Positions 24,751 through 36,400 of a DNA stretch of 64,000 bases are shown here, piece after piece. Below the pieces are notes generated by a model, which made no database searches, was not told where the DNA came from, and saw only the letters and a list, made by a program, of their open reading frames with translations. The stretch comes from Vicugna vicugna. Taxonomy: Eukaryota. The position numbers and the translations under genes are program-made. The stretch is taken from positions 4,505,003 through 4,569,002 of the forward strand of contig MU058065.1 of assembly GCA_013265495.1 (NCBI GenBank), in the 5' to 3' direction. Position 1 is the first letter of the stretch; the number at the start of each line of letters is the position of its first letter.

Positions 24751-26959
24751 ACTCTTGCAAGCTTTAAAGAAGATATCGGTGCGATCTCACTCCATGGCCT
24801 TTGGTGAAATCAGACTCTTCTCCTCCTAACTTTTCAAAAATGATTTTTTTTCTTTACAATGGAAATAGTAAAAAATTATTTTTATTTATATTTTTTAAGC
24901 TTCTGCTGTATATCACTGATTCTGCAGAAAGTCAGCGGTTTGGTTTCTCACCAACAAGGGCTGGGCTGGGATGTTAAGCCATCCTGTGTTCTTACTGAAT
25001 CTCCAGACTCGTTCAAGGGAGACTCTGTTCCCCATCTCACTTCCCTGAATTTCCTGGAGGAGGTGAAGGAGCTGATGTTTCACATTACGGTGGCTGCATT
25101 TAGATTTGGCCTGAAACTCCTGAGTCACTTAAGCCGAGTTGATTGGTCCTGTTCCTAAGAAGACTGAATCCTATCATCTGCAGATAAACACTTAGCCAAG
25201 TTTGGAAGGAGGACAGATGAGCGCATGATGGGTCCCGGAAAATGAACTCTGAATGAGTAGCTACAGGGCTGGGTTTAGCCCCATAATGGCTCCACCATTA
25301 CTGTCTGTTTAGCCCTGGCCAGGCCAATGAACTTCTCCTGACTTCAGCGTGCTCACCTGCGAAATGGGCAGAACCCCCCTGCCTAGGTTTCTATTAATGC
25401 TTTAGGAGATGTGAAATTGCGTGGTAAGTGACAGCCTGCCCCATCATTCATTCTTAGGCATTCTTGATCCCCTGTCTCAGATGTCCTTCCTCTGGGCTAC
25501 ATGTAACCCTGTGCACATCCCCGCTGAAGCTGAGTTATAGGGTATTTTATCACTAGACTGGCCGGACTGCAAGCTTTTTCTCACTGGACTGTAAGTTCTT
25601 TGAGATCTGGATCCTACATATGTACCTAGAATGAAGTTCCTGGAATCAGAGAACACCACTATTAAATCCCAGACTCAGTGCTGATGGTTCCACCATTACA
25701 ACTTCATTTTTTGGGAAGATGAAGGCTTATTTATTCTTAGATGCAAATGCCCTTAGAGGGAAGGAGAGCACATCTTTGTTATTAGCTAATATTTACAGGG
25801 GATTTATAGACTGTCAGCCAGGCTCTGAAGGAGGATGGGCAGGGACTCGCGGGTGAGCCGGGGGTGCAAGGAAAGAAGTTGGAGTTTCTCATAAGGTAGG
25901 AAGGTCCCTGGGGCTGGGAACATGGTCTGTACTAACGAATCCCATTCTGATCACTGTCCTGGCCACTAAATCTGTTCAGTGGCTCCACTTCTGTCACAGA
26001 ACAATTTGATTTCCAGACCTGATTTTAGCTGGGTCTGCACTAGGATGATCTACTTAACAGAAAGTTCATGAAAGACATTTTCTTTTCAGGGGATGGCGAT
26101 AATCAAGAGTTAAGAAAGGACCTCATCTTCCCTTAGGAGACTAAATACCCCTTATGCCTTCTTGTAGGCTGAATGCTGAATACCATTTCTCATTTAAGAA
26201 ACATTCTGAATTGCTTTCATTCTTTTGCAGAGAGAAATGAAGACAAGTCCAAGGGCTTACCATTTTTACATATTTGGTCCTTAAATTCTTATCCTTTCGA
26301 AATCCGTTCAGCCTTACCCAGGTGGCCTTTGCAGGAGGGCAGCATAATTCTGCTTGGGCGGGCACAGTACTCCCCCTGGCCTCTGTGCACCACAGCTTGG
26401 CTTATTCAGGTGCAAGGCTGTGTTGCTTTGCCGGGAAAACTTGGTGGACTCGGATATAATCCTCTGAAGAAAACAACTGTGTGCCGTGAAAACTCGAAAG
26501 TCTGAAAGGAGATTTTCTGCAAGTAGCTGCTCTGTGAGTGGCATTATGAGAAAGCAGAATAAAAGAGAGACGCTTGGGTTGGCTTTGTGGCATGTCCTTA
26601 TTGCCTGATCTTTAAGAAAGGCACGGGACAGTCACTTTTCCTTTAGAGGTCGGTGACTGGTTTTGAAGTTCAAGAGAAAAACGTGACTTGTTGAACCCTG
26701 AAGGGGATTCATATGATGATATCCTGATTTGCCCTCTTGTGTTCCTGTTAGTCTTTAATGACTGAAAACTCAGAGTCAAGAGACTGGATGTAGGTGCAAG
26801 TCTTGGAGCTTCGGTTTCTTCTTGGTCTGTTCTAGGGAATTAGAAGACAAATTCTCAGTCAACCTCCCAAGCTGTAAAAAAAAATCAGGAGATGATCTCA
26901 ACAGTGACTCTAACGTGTCCCCAGCTGAGGAGGCACCAGGCAACCTCCTCTGTACACGT

Positions 26960-27130
26960 TACTGTGTTTAATCTTTACAGCTACCCTAGAAGGTCAAGCC
27001 CTGACATTCTGATTTTGCAGGTGAGGAAACTAAAGCTCAAAGAGATGTAGAAATGTCCTCAAGGCCTTCTGGTTAGTTAGCAGTCAAGTTTCAAACAGAG
27101 GTTTTCCTGGCCTCCAAGCCAGGGCTCCAA
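26960..27130 (-). mobile_element. MIR SINE
   Basis: 'attttgcaggtgaggaaactaaagctcaaagagatg'. Confidence 0.7.
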
Positions 27131-27399
27131 TATTCTACTTACCCAGGGTCCAGAATGGAAAATAGCACTATTATCTGGAAGCAAGTTATGCCATGTGATT
27201 CTGAGCTACTAGAAATTAGTGATGAGTGTGTATTTTCCCACACTGGAAGTTTGCAGTGTAAACAAGAGGGCATGGGTGTGGATGAGCATCTAAAAAGCCG
27301 AGTGCCATCATAACGTAGGATTTTATGATGACATTGGACCCCGATCTTGCTCTTCTAGTGAAGGGCTTCATGGAACAAAGTAGACAAGTTCTTCTTTCC

Positions 27400-27914
27400 T
27401 GGAAAATAAATAAATAGATAATGAAAAAGGAAAGTGAAGATTAGACATCGAAATCTTTCCCTTTCTTTATGAAATGAATACATGCTTATCATTTTAAATA
27501 CATGAAAAATAAGGAACAGTATAACAGAAAAATAAAAATCACTATTCATTCCACCAACAATCAATAATTTATACTGTTTTTGCATAGCTAATGGCATGTT
27601 GTATTTGTGATTTTTGTTCAAATCTTTTCATTTTGCTGTGTACTGTAAGCATTCTTCTGTTTTCTTAACTTTTTTGTAAACAATGTTAATAGGTTCTTTA
27701 TTGTTTCATCATGAGGCTGTATCATAGTTTAATTAGCTTTTCTACTTTTTAACGGGTAGGTTGTTTCTATTTTTCTCTCATTTTTATAATAACACGGTGA
27801 AGAGCATGTTTTGTTACTTTTTTTACTTTGATACAATTTCCAACTTACAGAAAAAGTTGTAAGAATATTACAAGAAATTCCCATATAGCTTTTAGCCAGC
27901 TTTATCATTCTGTT

Positions 27915-27946
<32 letters not shown>

Positions 27947-28760
27947 CACAAACACACATTTAAACTTGCATAAATTTTTTGAACTGTTTGAGAGTAAACT
28001 ATCCCTTTACACCTAAACACTTCAGTGTGATTTCCTAAAAACAAGAACACTCTCTCTTTTTTTTTAACATTTTTTATTGATTTATAATCATTTTACAATG
28101 TTGTGTCAGATTCCAGTGTTCAGCACAATTTTTCAGTCATTCATGGACATATACACACTCATTGTCACATTTTTTTCTCTGTGATTTATCATAAAGAACA
28201 CTCTCTTAAGTAACCACAGAACAAGTTTTAAAATTTGAAGCTTTAATGCTGATATAATATTATCTAATCCACAGTCCATTTTCAAATTCTTTTTGTTTTG
28301 TTAATCTAGGATTTAGTCCAGCATAGTGAAGAATATTTTTATATGATACTTTATTTAAATTTATAATAATATGTTTTATGCTAGATTCCTAAGGGGAGGA
28401 TTATGAGGCTAATAGACATAGATATTTTTATGACTATTATAATTTGCTGAAAGCAGTGGCCATCTGACTGAAAATCTAGGGAAGTATTCATGAGACATAG
28501 CAAACATTAACTACAATAAAAAAAAAAGCCCAAATTTTATATTCTCTTATTTTATTTTAATTTCTCCAACTGCCAGTTACTAGGAATATTTTTCTTTATG
28601 TTTACTGACCTACTATGGCCTTTCTTTGATTAGAGATCTACAGTCTTACCTCTTTTTTCAATTACAAACTTCAGAATTTTCTATTTATCTTATATGCTCT
28701 TTATAGATTAAGGATATTGTTATCTATTAATCATATTTGATAGTAAATACTTTGCTGAGC
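27400..28760 (-). mobile_element. Old L1M (L1MC/ME-like) 3' fragments
   Basis: 'tttgatacaatttccaacttacagaaaaagttgtaagaata...ccctttacacctaaacacttcagtgtgatttcctaaaaacaagaacactctc'. Confidence 0.65.
28056..28193 (-). mobile_element. Young, heavily 5'-truncated L1 3' end with 13-bp TSD
   Basis: TSD aagaacactctct at 28043-28055 and 28194-28206; poly(T) start; near-identical to ~61868-62002. Confidence 0.9.
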
Positions 28761-29479
28761 TGTCCGCCTTTGGGGAATTTTCTCTTTAAAGACCTCGTAG
28801 CAGGATGACCAGGGAACTTTTTAAAGCTCTAATATTTAGACAAAATGATTGAAGAAATGAAAAAGACAGATCTTAAAAAAAAAAAAAGCATTCTAGAAAT
28901 GAAAAAGTTTCTTAGCCCCAGTTGGAAATAATCAGCATCTGGCTCAGGACTGTGAATACCTGAATAGAAGAAAGAAAAGTACTATAAAAAAATTATGATG
29001 TTGGACCAAGAGACCTGCACTACAGCACAAAGTGAATCAATGACTCTGCTGTGTGTGAGGGAACCTGAGATTCTTTCACTGCAGAATGGGATGGCACTGC
29101 CATCTTACAGGCTTCATGTCTTACAGTGAAAGAATAATTATCATGTATATTATTGTATATGCTAGGGATAAGGATAAACTTCTGGGCAATGTTTAATTGT
29201 CATGAGAATGGAATACAAGGGAGAGTTTTATGGGTGGACAAGAATACATGCGGGGACTGTACTAGAATTGTCCTGAATCTATCTATATGCATGAATGTTA
29301 TGTTATAACATCCTAGCAAAGAGCTCTAAGTGGATGTAAAGAACCCTGAGCCAAGAAAGACATTCAGAGCCAGGAGTGGAGATCTGCGGGGAAATTTAAA
29401 GGAGATGTTGAAGGAGTGACTAAAGATATCTTAGGCAAACCAGGAAGCCAAGCAATCATATACACACTGTGAAAATCAT

Positions 29480-29800
29480 TGATTGATTCTCTATCGTTCA
29501 TCTGATAAATGTAATAGTATGCCTTTTACACATCAAACATGTCTCGGTGTTGTAAGTACAGTGAGGAATAAGAGAAATATGACCCTTTGCTCTCATGGGC
29601 TTACAGTCTAGCTAAGAGAACAACAGATGTTCAACTCCATACACCACCACTTAATTAGTTGCACTAGGGCTAAGAAAGAAAACGCTGGATGCATTAAGAG
29701 TTTACAAGAGGGGACCACTTCTAACCTGGGATGTAGGGGCAGCTGAAAGAAGACGTAGCATCCTAGAGGATTCCTGGTAGAAGCAACAGGAAATGTTCTG
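29480..29800 (-). mobile_element. LINE-2 3' fragment
   Basis: 'gtacagtgaggaataagagaaatatgaccctttgctctcatgggcttacagtctag'. Confidence 0.6.
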
Positions 29801-31519
29801 AAATTATAACTCCTTCAGCTTATACAAAGGGTTAAAGTTTAAATCTAAAAGTCAGAAGGATGTGAAATATACTCATTTCTTCACTGACCAAACTTTTCAA
29901 GTGTCTATTATGTGCCAGTTCTGAGAACACAAAAGACCTGGTTTCTAATTCACGTTGCTCCCAGAGAACTTGGACCCAAGTGAAATATTCCACTCAGGGC
30001 TGCAGAAGACATTTGTTTCTTTTGGAGGCAAAGAGAGAAGACTTCTGCCTGGTCTGCATGTGGTATCAGAGAAAATCGTCTGGGAGACCGGTGCCAAGAG
30101 TAGATAAGCCAGCAGGCGGTGAACACACGAGGGAATGGCAGGATATTCCTAAAAGGGAGCGTGTATGTGGGCTTGGAGACGTACGATTAACACCAGCAGA
30201 GCCATATGGAAAACGGCAAGCAGGATCTGGGCAGGAGCCCCAGTTCCCACTGTGCCCAGTCTGTAGCCCATATACAAACCTGTCATAAACCCAGTCCTGC
30301 CTACAGCTTGGTCCAAATTGCAGGACTGTATTTCTTTTCTCAAAGCCATGGGGCAGGTCGAGGAAATAAAAATGGAGCTATGACCTTCCACAATGACATT
30401 GTCCTTCCCCGCTATCCGCGCAGCTCACGGAGGTGGGGGCCAGGCTGGAGCGTTTCCAGGGGGCGGATCTGCCCATGAGGACACTCGCTCCGCAGGCTGA
30501 GAGGCACATGGGGAGTTTGGAGGTTAGAAGGAGGAGAAAGGTGGGGTTCACAGGGTGCGCTGTCTTGAGTTTCAGAACCAGAGGCTAAGGCGCTGAATTC
30601 TAAATGGTTAAAGAACAGTTCATTCTAAATATAAATACAATACTGTAGACTCTAAGTATTTTATGAGCAAAATGCAGTTCAGAAAAGCAGATTTGATGCT
30701 GCACTAAATGTTTTAATTTTTTTTTATATGCTCCACATTAGAGCTTGCATTTTCTCATACCTCCAAGGCATAGTCTGTTATGGCTTTGGAGATAAAAGAT
30801 TTACATTTAAATCACACTTCCCCCATGCCACGTTATAACAAAAGCATTTTAAGTTCTACTGTTCACCCAAAGGTCAGAACGTCTTTTTTGGAAAGTCTAT
30901 ATATTCTACCACCTTAGCCAAGTGAGCAAATCCTTTTAGCTTTGAATATCTAAATATTATTTAATAGTGTATGTAAAGTGAAATCCAAGTGCCAAGAGTT
31001 TCACAACAAAATGGAAAGAGAAAAGTGTTACCTGGACTTGTGATGAGCAAAGGCATTTCAGAGGGACAGGCCCCCAAACTCTGAAGTAGATATTTTCTGT
31101 TAAAGGCTCACATCATTTTTTCTTTTTGTCAAGTGGGCCACCAGGTAACTGTGTTCCACCCTAATAAGCTCTCCTAAAATGCATGAGATTGATAATCAGA
31201 CACCAAGACCCTTAATTTCTCTCACTATTGTCTTAAAATTGACCTACTGTATACTCCCAAATTTTTCCTTACAATACTATATCTGTGGTGAACATAATGT
31301 ATTGTAGACTTAAAATTTAAAAAGACAGATCTCATATTAAATGTCTTTGTGACAATTTTTTTTAATTAAGAAAAAAATCTAAGCATCATTTGGAAATGGG
31401 TTCATGAGCTATCTTGTACTATGATTAACACCCACTGCATTGTCCATCTACTGTATTGTTCAGAAAACTGGATGTAAGGAGGAGGTCTGGGATGCATGGA
31501 CTTTCATAATCATGTGTCC

Positions 31520-32020
31520 ATACTATTCAGCCATAAAAAAGAATAAAATAATGCCATTTACAGCAACATGGATGGACCTGGAGATCATCATTGTAAGTGA
31601 GTTAAGCCAGAAAGAGAAAGAAAAATATCATATGATATCATGCATATATGGAATCAAAAAAAAAAAAAAAGACACAAATGAACTTATTTACAAAACAGAA
31701 ACAGATTCACTGACATTGAAAACAAACTTATGGTTACCAGGGGCGAAAGGGGTCGGAAAGAATAAATTGAGAATTTGGAATTTGAGATTTGTAGATACTA
31801 ACTAGTATATATAAAATAGAGAAATAACAAGTTTCTACTGTATAGCACAAGGAAATATATTTACTATCTTGTAGTAACCTATGCTGAAAAAGAATATGAA
31901 AATGAATATATATATGTATATGTATGACTAAAATATTATGCTGTATGCCGGAAATTAGCACATTATAAATTGACTACACTTCAAATAAATAAGTAAAGAG
32001 AGAGGAAAAAAGGGGGGAAA
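31520..32020 (+). mobile_element. 5'-truncated L1 (ORF2 C-terminus plus 3' UTR) with 12-bp TSD
   Basis: Translates to YYSAIKKNKIMPFTATWMDLEIIIVSELSQKEKEKYHMIS (L1 ORF2p end); TSD aatcatgtgtcc at 31508-31519 and 32021-32032. Confidence 0.93.
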
Positions 32021-33739
32021 AATCATGTGTCCTTGTTTTCAGGACTGTAGGGGGCCAATTTCACAGGAAAACATATTGGCTTTTACATTTTTCCCTTTAC
32101 CCTTTACCCTATAATTACCATCTTAGTCTATGGTTTCAGAGTTGAACTTCTAAGGCAAAAAGGGGACGATAGCTTGCTTCTGATTCTGAATGTGAGATCA
32201 AATGTCTATTAAAGTCATGTATTCTTTATTTTTGACAACACACAAACTCTCTTAATCACCTGCTGTTGGAAAGTAGTTGGAAGAATGAGGGTATGTTTCC
32301 AAAAGCCAAGAAAGAGTAGAGAAGCTAAATCTTTCCCAGCTGACCTTTGTGTTCAAGAATGGTGGGATGGACCCAAGCATTTAATTGAAAGAATACAAAC
32401 AAAGAAGCTCAAAAACAAGTCATATCAAACAAAAAGCACAAAAGCATTATTTTAAAATAATAGCATATGTACTTTATTACTTTTTAATAAATGAGACCTT
32501 ATGAGATTATTTGTAAGTATGTGAAAAGTTTGCTCTTATTAACATGAACTGATCAAATTTCTCTGGTTCTAGGATGTTCTTGGGGTAAAAGTCAACTGCA
32601 AATTAGACAATTTGGTTTCAGTGAAAAGTGGCACCAGAGGGAAAATATTACCACATGAAGTTAGAAGTTGACCCATAACGGTGGTTACTACTCCAACCTC
32701 TGGTCTGCTCTGAAACCTTCCCTTGAAATAATTTGTTTTAGAAAAAAGAACCTGCTAAGCTGGAAGAGGAAACCTCTTTGTCTACTTTGGACAATTGGTG
32801 ATGCTGCACTTCATCTCAAAGGAATGTGGAGGAAATGTTTAAACTGTAATATTTTCATACACAAGGAGTTTCCTAGGGACCTATAAGCTCAAGACTGGAT
32901 TGATATCCAGTCTTCTCAGAGTAAGGCTGTCTAGAAACTCCAGTGCAAATATTCTTTAATAACTGGTTCTGGTTGGACATCCCTCCATAGTACTGTCTAC
33001 CAAAATCATTACCCTTTCAGATTAAAGAAAATTTTTTTTATTCAAAGTTTCAGAGTGCTACCTTTGTCTAGGGGACTGCCCAAGGCAAACCATGACGTTG
33101 AAGAATTTTGCCTTCAGTACCATCTGGTTTTCTCCACTCCTCCCTGCTCTCCTTTATTCTGTGTCTTCTTACTTGGCCTTCTTCTCTGCCTCTATCTCTG
33201 ATATTCTCGAGGGTGCTTTTTTACTTTTTCTTGCCCTCAATTTATTCTGAAGAGAGCACTCAAGATGTCTTTTGCATCTGAGTGTGGAATTAAGTCAACT
33301 CTACTTTCTCCCCTCTGTTTGGTTTGTTTTCTGTATTTTTTATGTCCCCTAATTAACTTTCCTAAAGACATTCGGGCATGAGGCAGCAGCGAGAAGAACT
33401 AGTTTAGCCATCAAAACAGAAGACTTGATGGGATACGGGATCATGCTATCTCTGGCACACTCGCTTCATCCTCAATTCCCAGGACAATGATTGTTTACAC
33501 TTTGTGGTATCACAAGAGACTGAGAAACATCTATGGTATTCATCTAGCCCCTGGATTGCTTAAGCGATGACTCTTATCTGAATACTAGTGACAAGTATTT
33601 TCCTGGTGACCAAGGAGAACCCCCCAGTTTGCAAAGTGCACGTATACTGTAGAATTTTTACCAGACCTGTGAGTGTCCCCAGGACAGAGCAAGCGAAGTA
33701 GACATGAGTTATTTTTGTCTCCCTACCATTCCTTCAGTG

Positions 33740-34190
33740 TCCAGCCCTCCCTCCATTTTCAATCTATGGCTATATTTAGGGGAAAGCATATGACCCATGA
33801 CTGGGGGTTCAGATTATTCCATCTTCCTGATACCAAGAGATTGGTTTCTGAATGGGCATTTGACCGAAACTGAGCAATGAGAGTCATCTCTCAGGATTTA
33901 GTTGTCTCTTTCTAAGGACGCTGTCTTTTGCTAGAATTGATAGCGGAGAGGATGATGAAAGCTTAGAGCCCCCTGCAACCACCTCATGAGGAAAGGGTGC
34001 TAAGCAGGAAGGCGATACAAAGCAAAGCAGAACAGAGAGATAGGCAGGCATCAGGGTCTTAGTGATGTTGCTTCAGCCTTTGGATACAGTTGGGCTTGAA
34101 ATAAACCACATGTCTGGGTTGCTCAGTCCATTTTAATCTTAAATTTGTGTGAGTTGGGTCTTTATCACTGGTGACCAAAGAAGTATTGCT
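33740..34190 (+). mobile_element. Old MaLR LTR (MLT1J/K-like)
   Basis: 'gggcatttgaccgaaactgagcaatgagagtc...tttgtgtgagttgggtctttatcactggtgaccaaagaagt'. Confidence 0.6.
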
Positions 34191-35069
34191 TAACCAAGGA
34201 CGTCATCAAGGGACCCATTCATGAAGATGCCAGACAACTGATTACAGCCGGGGACACAGAACAGATATAATTGCTAAAGCCAAACTCAAGGTGACATTGA
34301 TGCTCCCCTTTGTTGAGTGTCTGCCTCCTGACAGATGACTGCAGTGTTACAGACACATGCCCTCTTTTCCCCCATCTCTGGCTGGCTCTTCACTGATAGG
34401 TGATTCCTGACTGACAGTAGGAACACATTCCTAGAATGGACAGCAAAGTGGAATTTGACACCAAGCTATTTTTTTCTCCTCGGTCATTTAATAGTGCCGG
34501 CTTGAACTGGTTCCTCTCTGTCAAGTGTCATTCAGAAATCACCCGATTGTTGGTCCACCCTCGCTCCGTTGTTGATGAGAATGCCATGTGGGCTGGAATC
34601 AAAGCCTTGGTGAAATTTGTCTATTTTACATCTGTTCTCGGCTGAGAGCTTAATGAGATGCATAGTATAATGAGATGTGTGTCTGGAGTGTGTAATGAGA
34701 TTCTTGATTCAAGTGTCTAATGAAGCCTATAGCCTAATGAAATGTATAGCATAATGAGATGCATGGCTTGAATGTATGGTACAGATTTGAAAGTCCTTTT
34801 AGGCAATATCATTATGTGTGCAAAATTTTCTCCCATCAAAATAAGCCCCACCCACAGTTCTTTGGGATTTTCTTTTTAGCTTGTAATTTCTCAATGCCAT
34901 TGTCATCATCACCGTGCGTACTTCCCACATCTAAAGCTAGAAGAACATGATGGCCCTCACCAAATGTGATGTGAAGTCTTAAAAAACAGCACAGAAATGT
35001 TTGTTTCTTGAGGACAGAAACTCATATTTTGATTCTTTCCCTTCATTTATTTTTAGTGCCACTAACTCT

Positions 35070-35565
35070 ATTAATGAGCTATTGCTTAACAAAAGCTTCG
35101 AAACTTTATGGCTTAAAACAGTCAGCGTTTATTACTGTCCGTGAGTCTACTAGTCAACCGGCTGGTTATTTTGGACTCAACTAGACATGCTTGTGTGTTT
35201 GCGATTGGTTACAGGTCAGATAAAGCCTCTGTTGATTGTGACCAGGCTTTCTCACATCTTTGGAGGTCAGCTACCTATAGGCTTCTCTGGCAAGATGTTG
35301 GTTGGGGCAGTTGAGCTCCCCGTGATTTGGTCTCTCATCCTCAATCCACCTATCCCGGTTTGATCTAAAGGCAGAGTCCAAGAGGAGGAGAAGAAATCTT
35401 CAAAGCCTCAAGAGTCCTAGGTTCCAAACTGTGACACTGTTATTCAATCACATTCCTTTGGGACAAAGAACTCACAAGTTCAGCCCAGAATCAAGGAACG
35501 GGGAAATAGATTTCACCCCTTCATGGGAGGAAGAGCCAAGTCACATTGACATAAAGAGCATGAAC
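35070..35565 (-). mobile_element. MaLR LTR (MLT1-like)
   Basis: 'gctattgcttaacaaaa...tggcttaaaaca...cacattcctttgggacaaagaactcacaagttcagcccagaatcaagg...ccccttcatgggagga'. Confidence 0.7.
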
Positions 35566-36044
35566 ACAGGGAGGAGGAAAGACTCTTTGCACTTTGACAA
35601 ATATAAAGTGAGGGAGAACATATTTGCACCTCCCTTTCCATCCTTCCACCACTAATACAAATTTTTATGGGGGGAAGTATTTATGAAAAATTTTTTCTAT
35701 AAATGTGAGAAGTTGTCCAAAGGGTAGTGATGTTGATTGTGAATGTCCTAAAAGTCATTTAATGCATTACATTGAAACCCTGTGTCCTGTGGGTTGACAG
35801 TGGATACTCTCAGTAAATGGAGTAGATGAAGTACAGTCTTCCCAGAAACAAACAAAAATGCTAGTAAGATATCTTGTAATAACCTATCAGGAAAAGAACC
35901 TAAAGCTGTACACCTGAAATTAACACAATATTGTGAATTAACTGTGGTTAAATTTTGAAAGATGATAATAAGGATTACCCATAATTTTCGTCTTAGCATT
36001 TAGAAAATATCTGATAGTGGATAGGGTTAGGAATCCATCCTATG

Positions 36045-36400
36045 TTTTTTTTTAACCATTTTTCAAATTAAAGTATAGTTAGTTTACAATGTTGTGTTAA
36101 TTTCAAGTATACAGCAAAATGATCCAATTTTTTATGTATATGTATATATATTCTTTTTCACATTCTTTTCCATTATAGGTTATTACAAGATATAGAATAT
36201 ACTTCCCTATGCTATATAGTAGGCCCTTGTTGTTTATCTATTTTATGTATAGTAGTGTGTATATGTTAATCCCAAACTCCTAATTTATCTCTCCCTCCAC
36301 CCCCCATTCCACTTTCCCCTTTGATAACCATAAATTTGTTTTCTATGTCTTTGAGTCTACTCCTGTTTTGTAAATAAATTCATTTGTAACATTTTTTAAA
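36045..36400 (-). mobile_element. L1 3' UTR fragment; a short plus-strand L1 3' piece lies at ~35860-35960
   Basis: Poly(T), then 'aagtatagttagtttacaatgttgtgttaatttc...cccaaactcctaatttatc...ccctttgataaccataaatttgttttctatgtc'. Confidence 0.88.
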
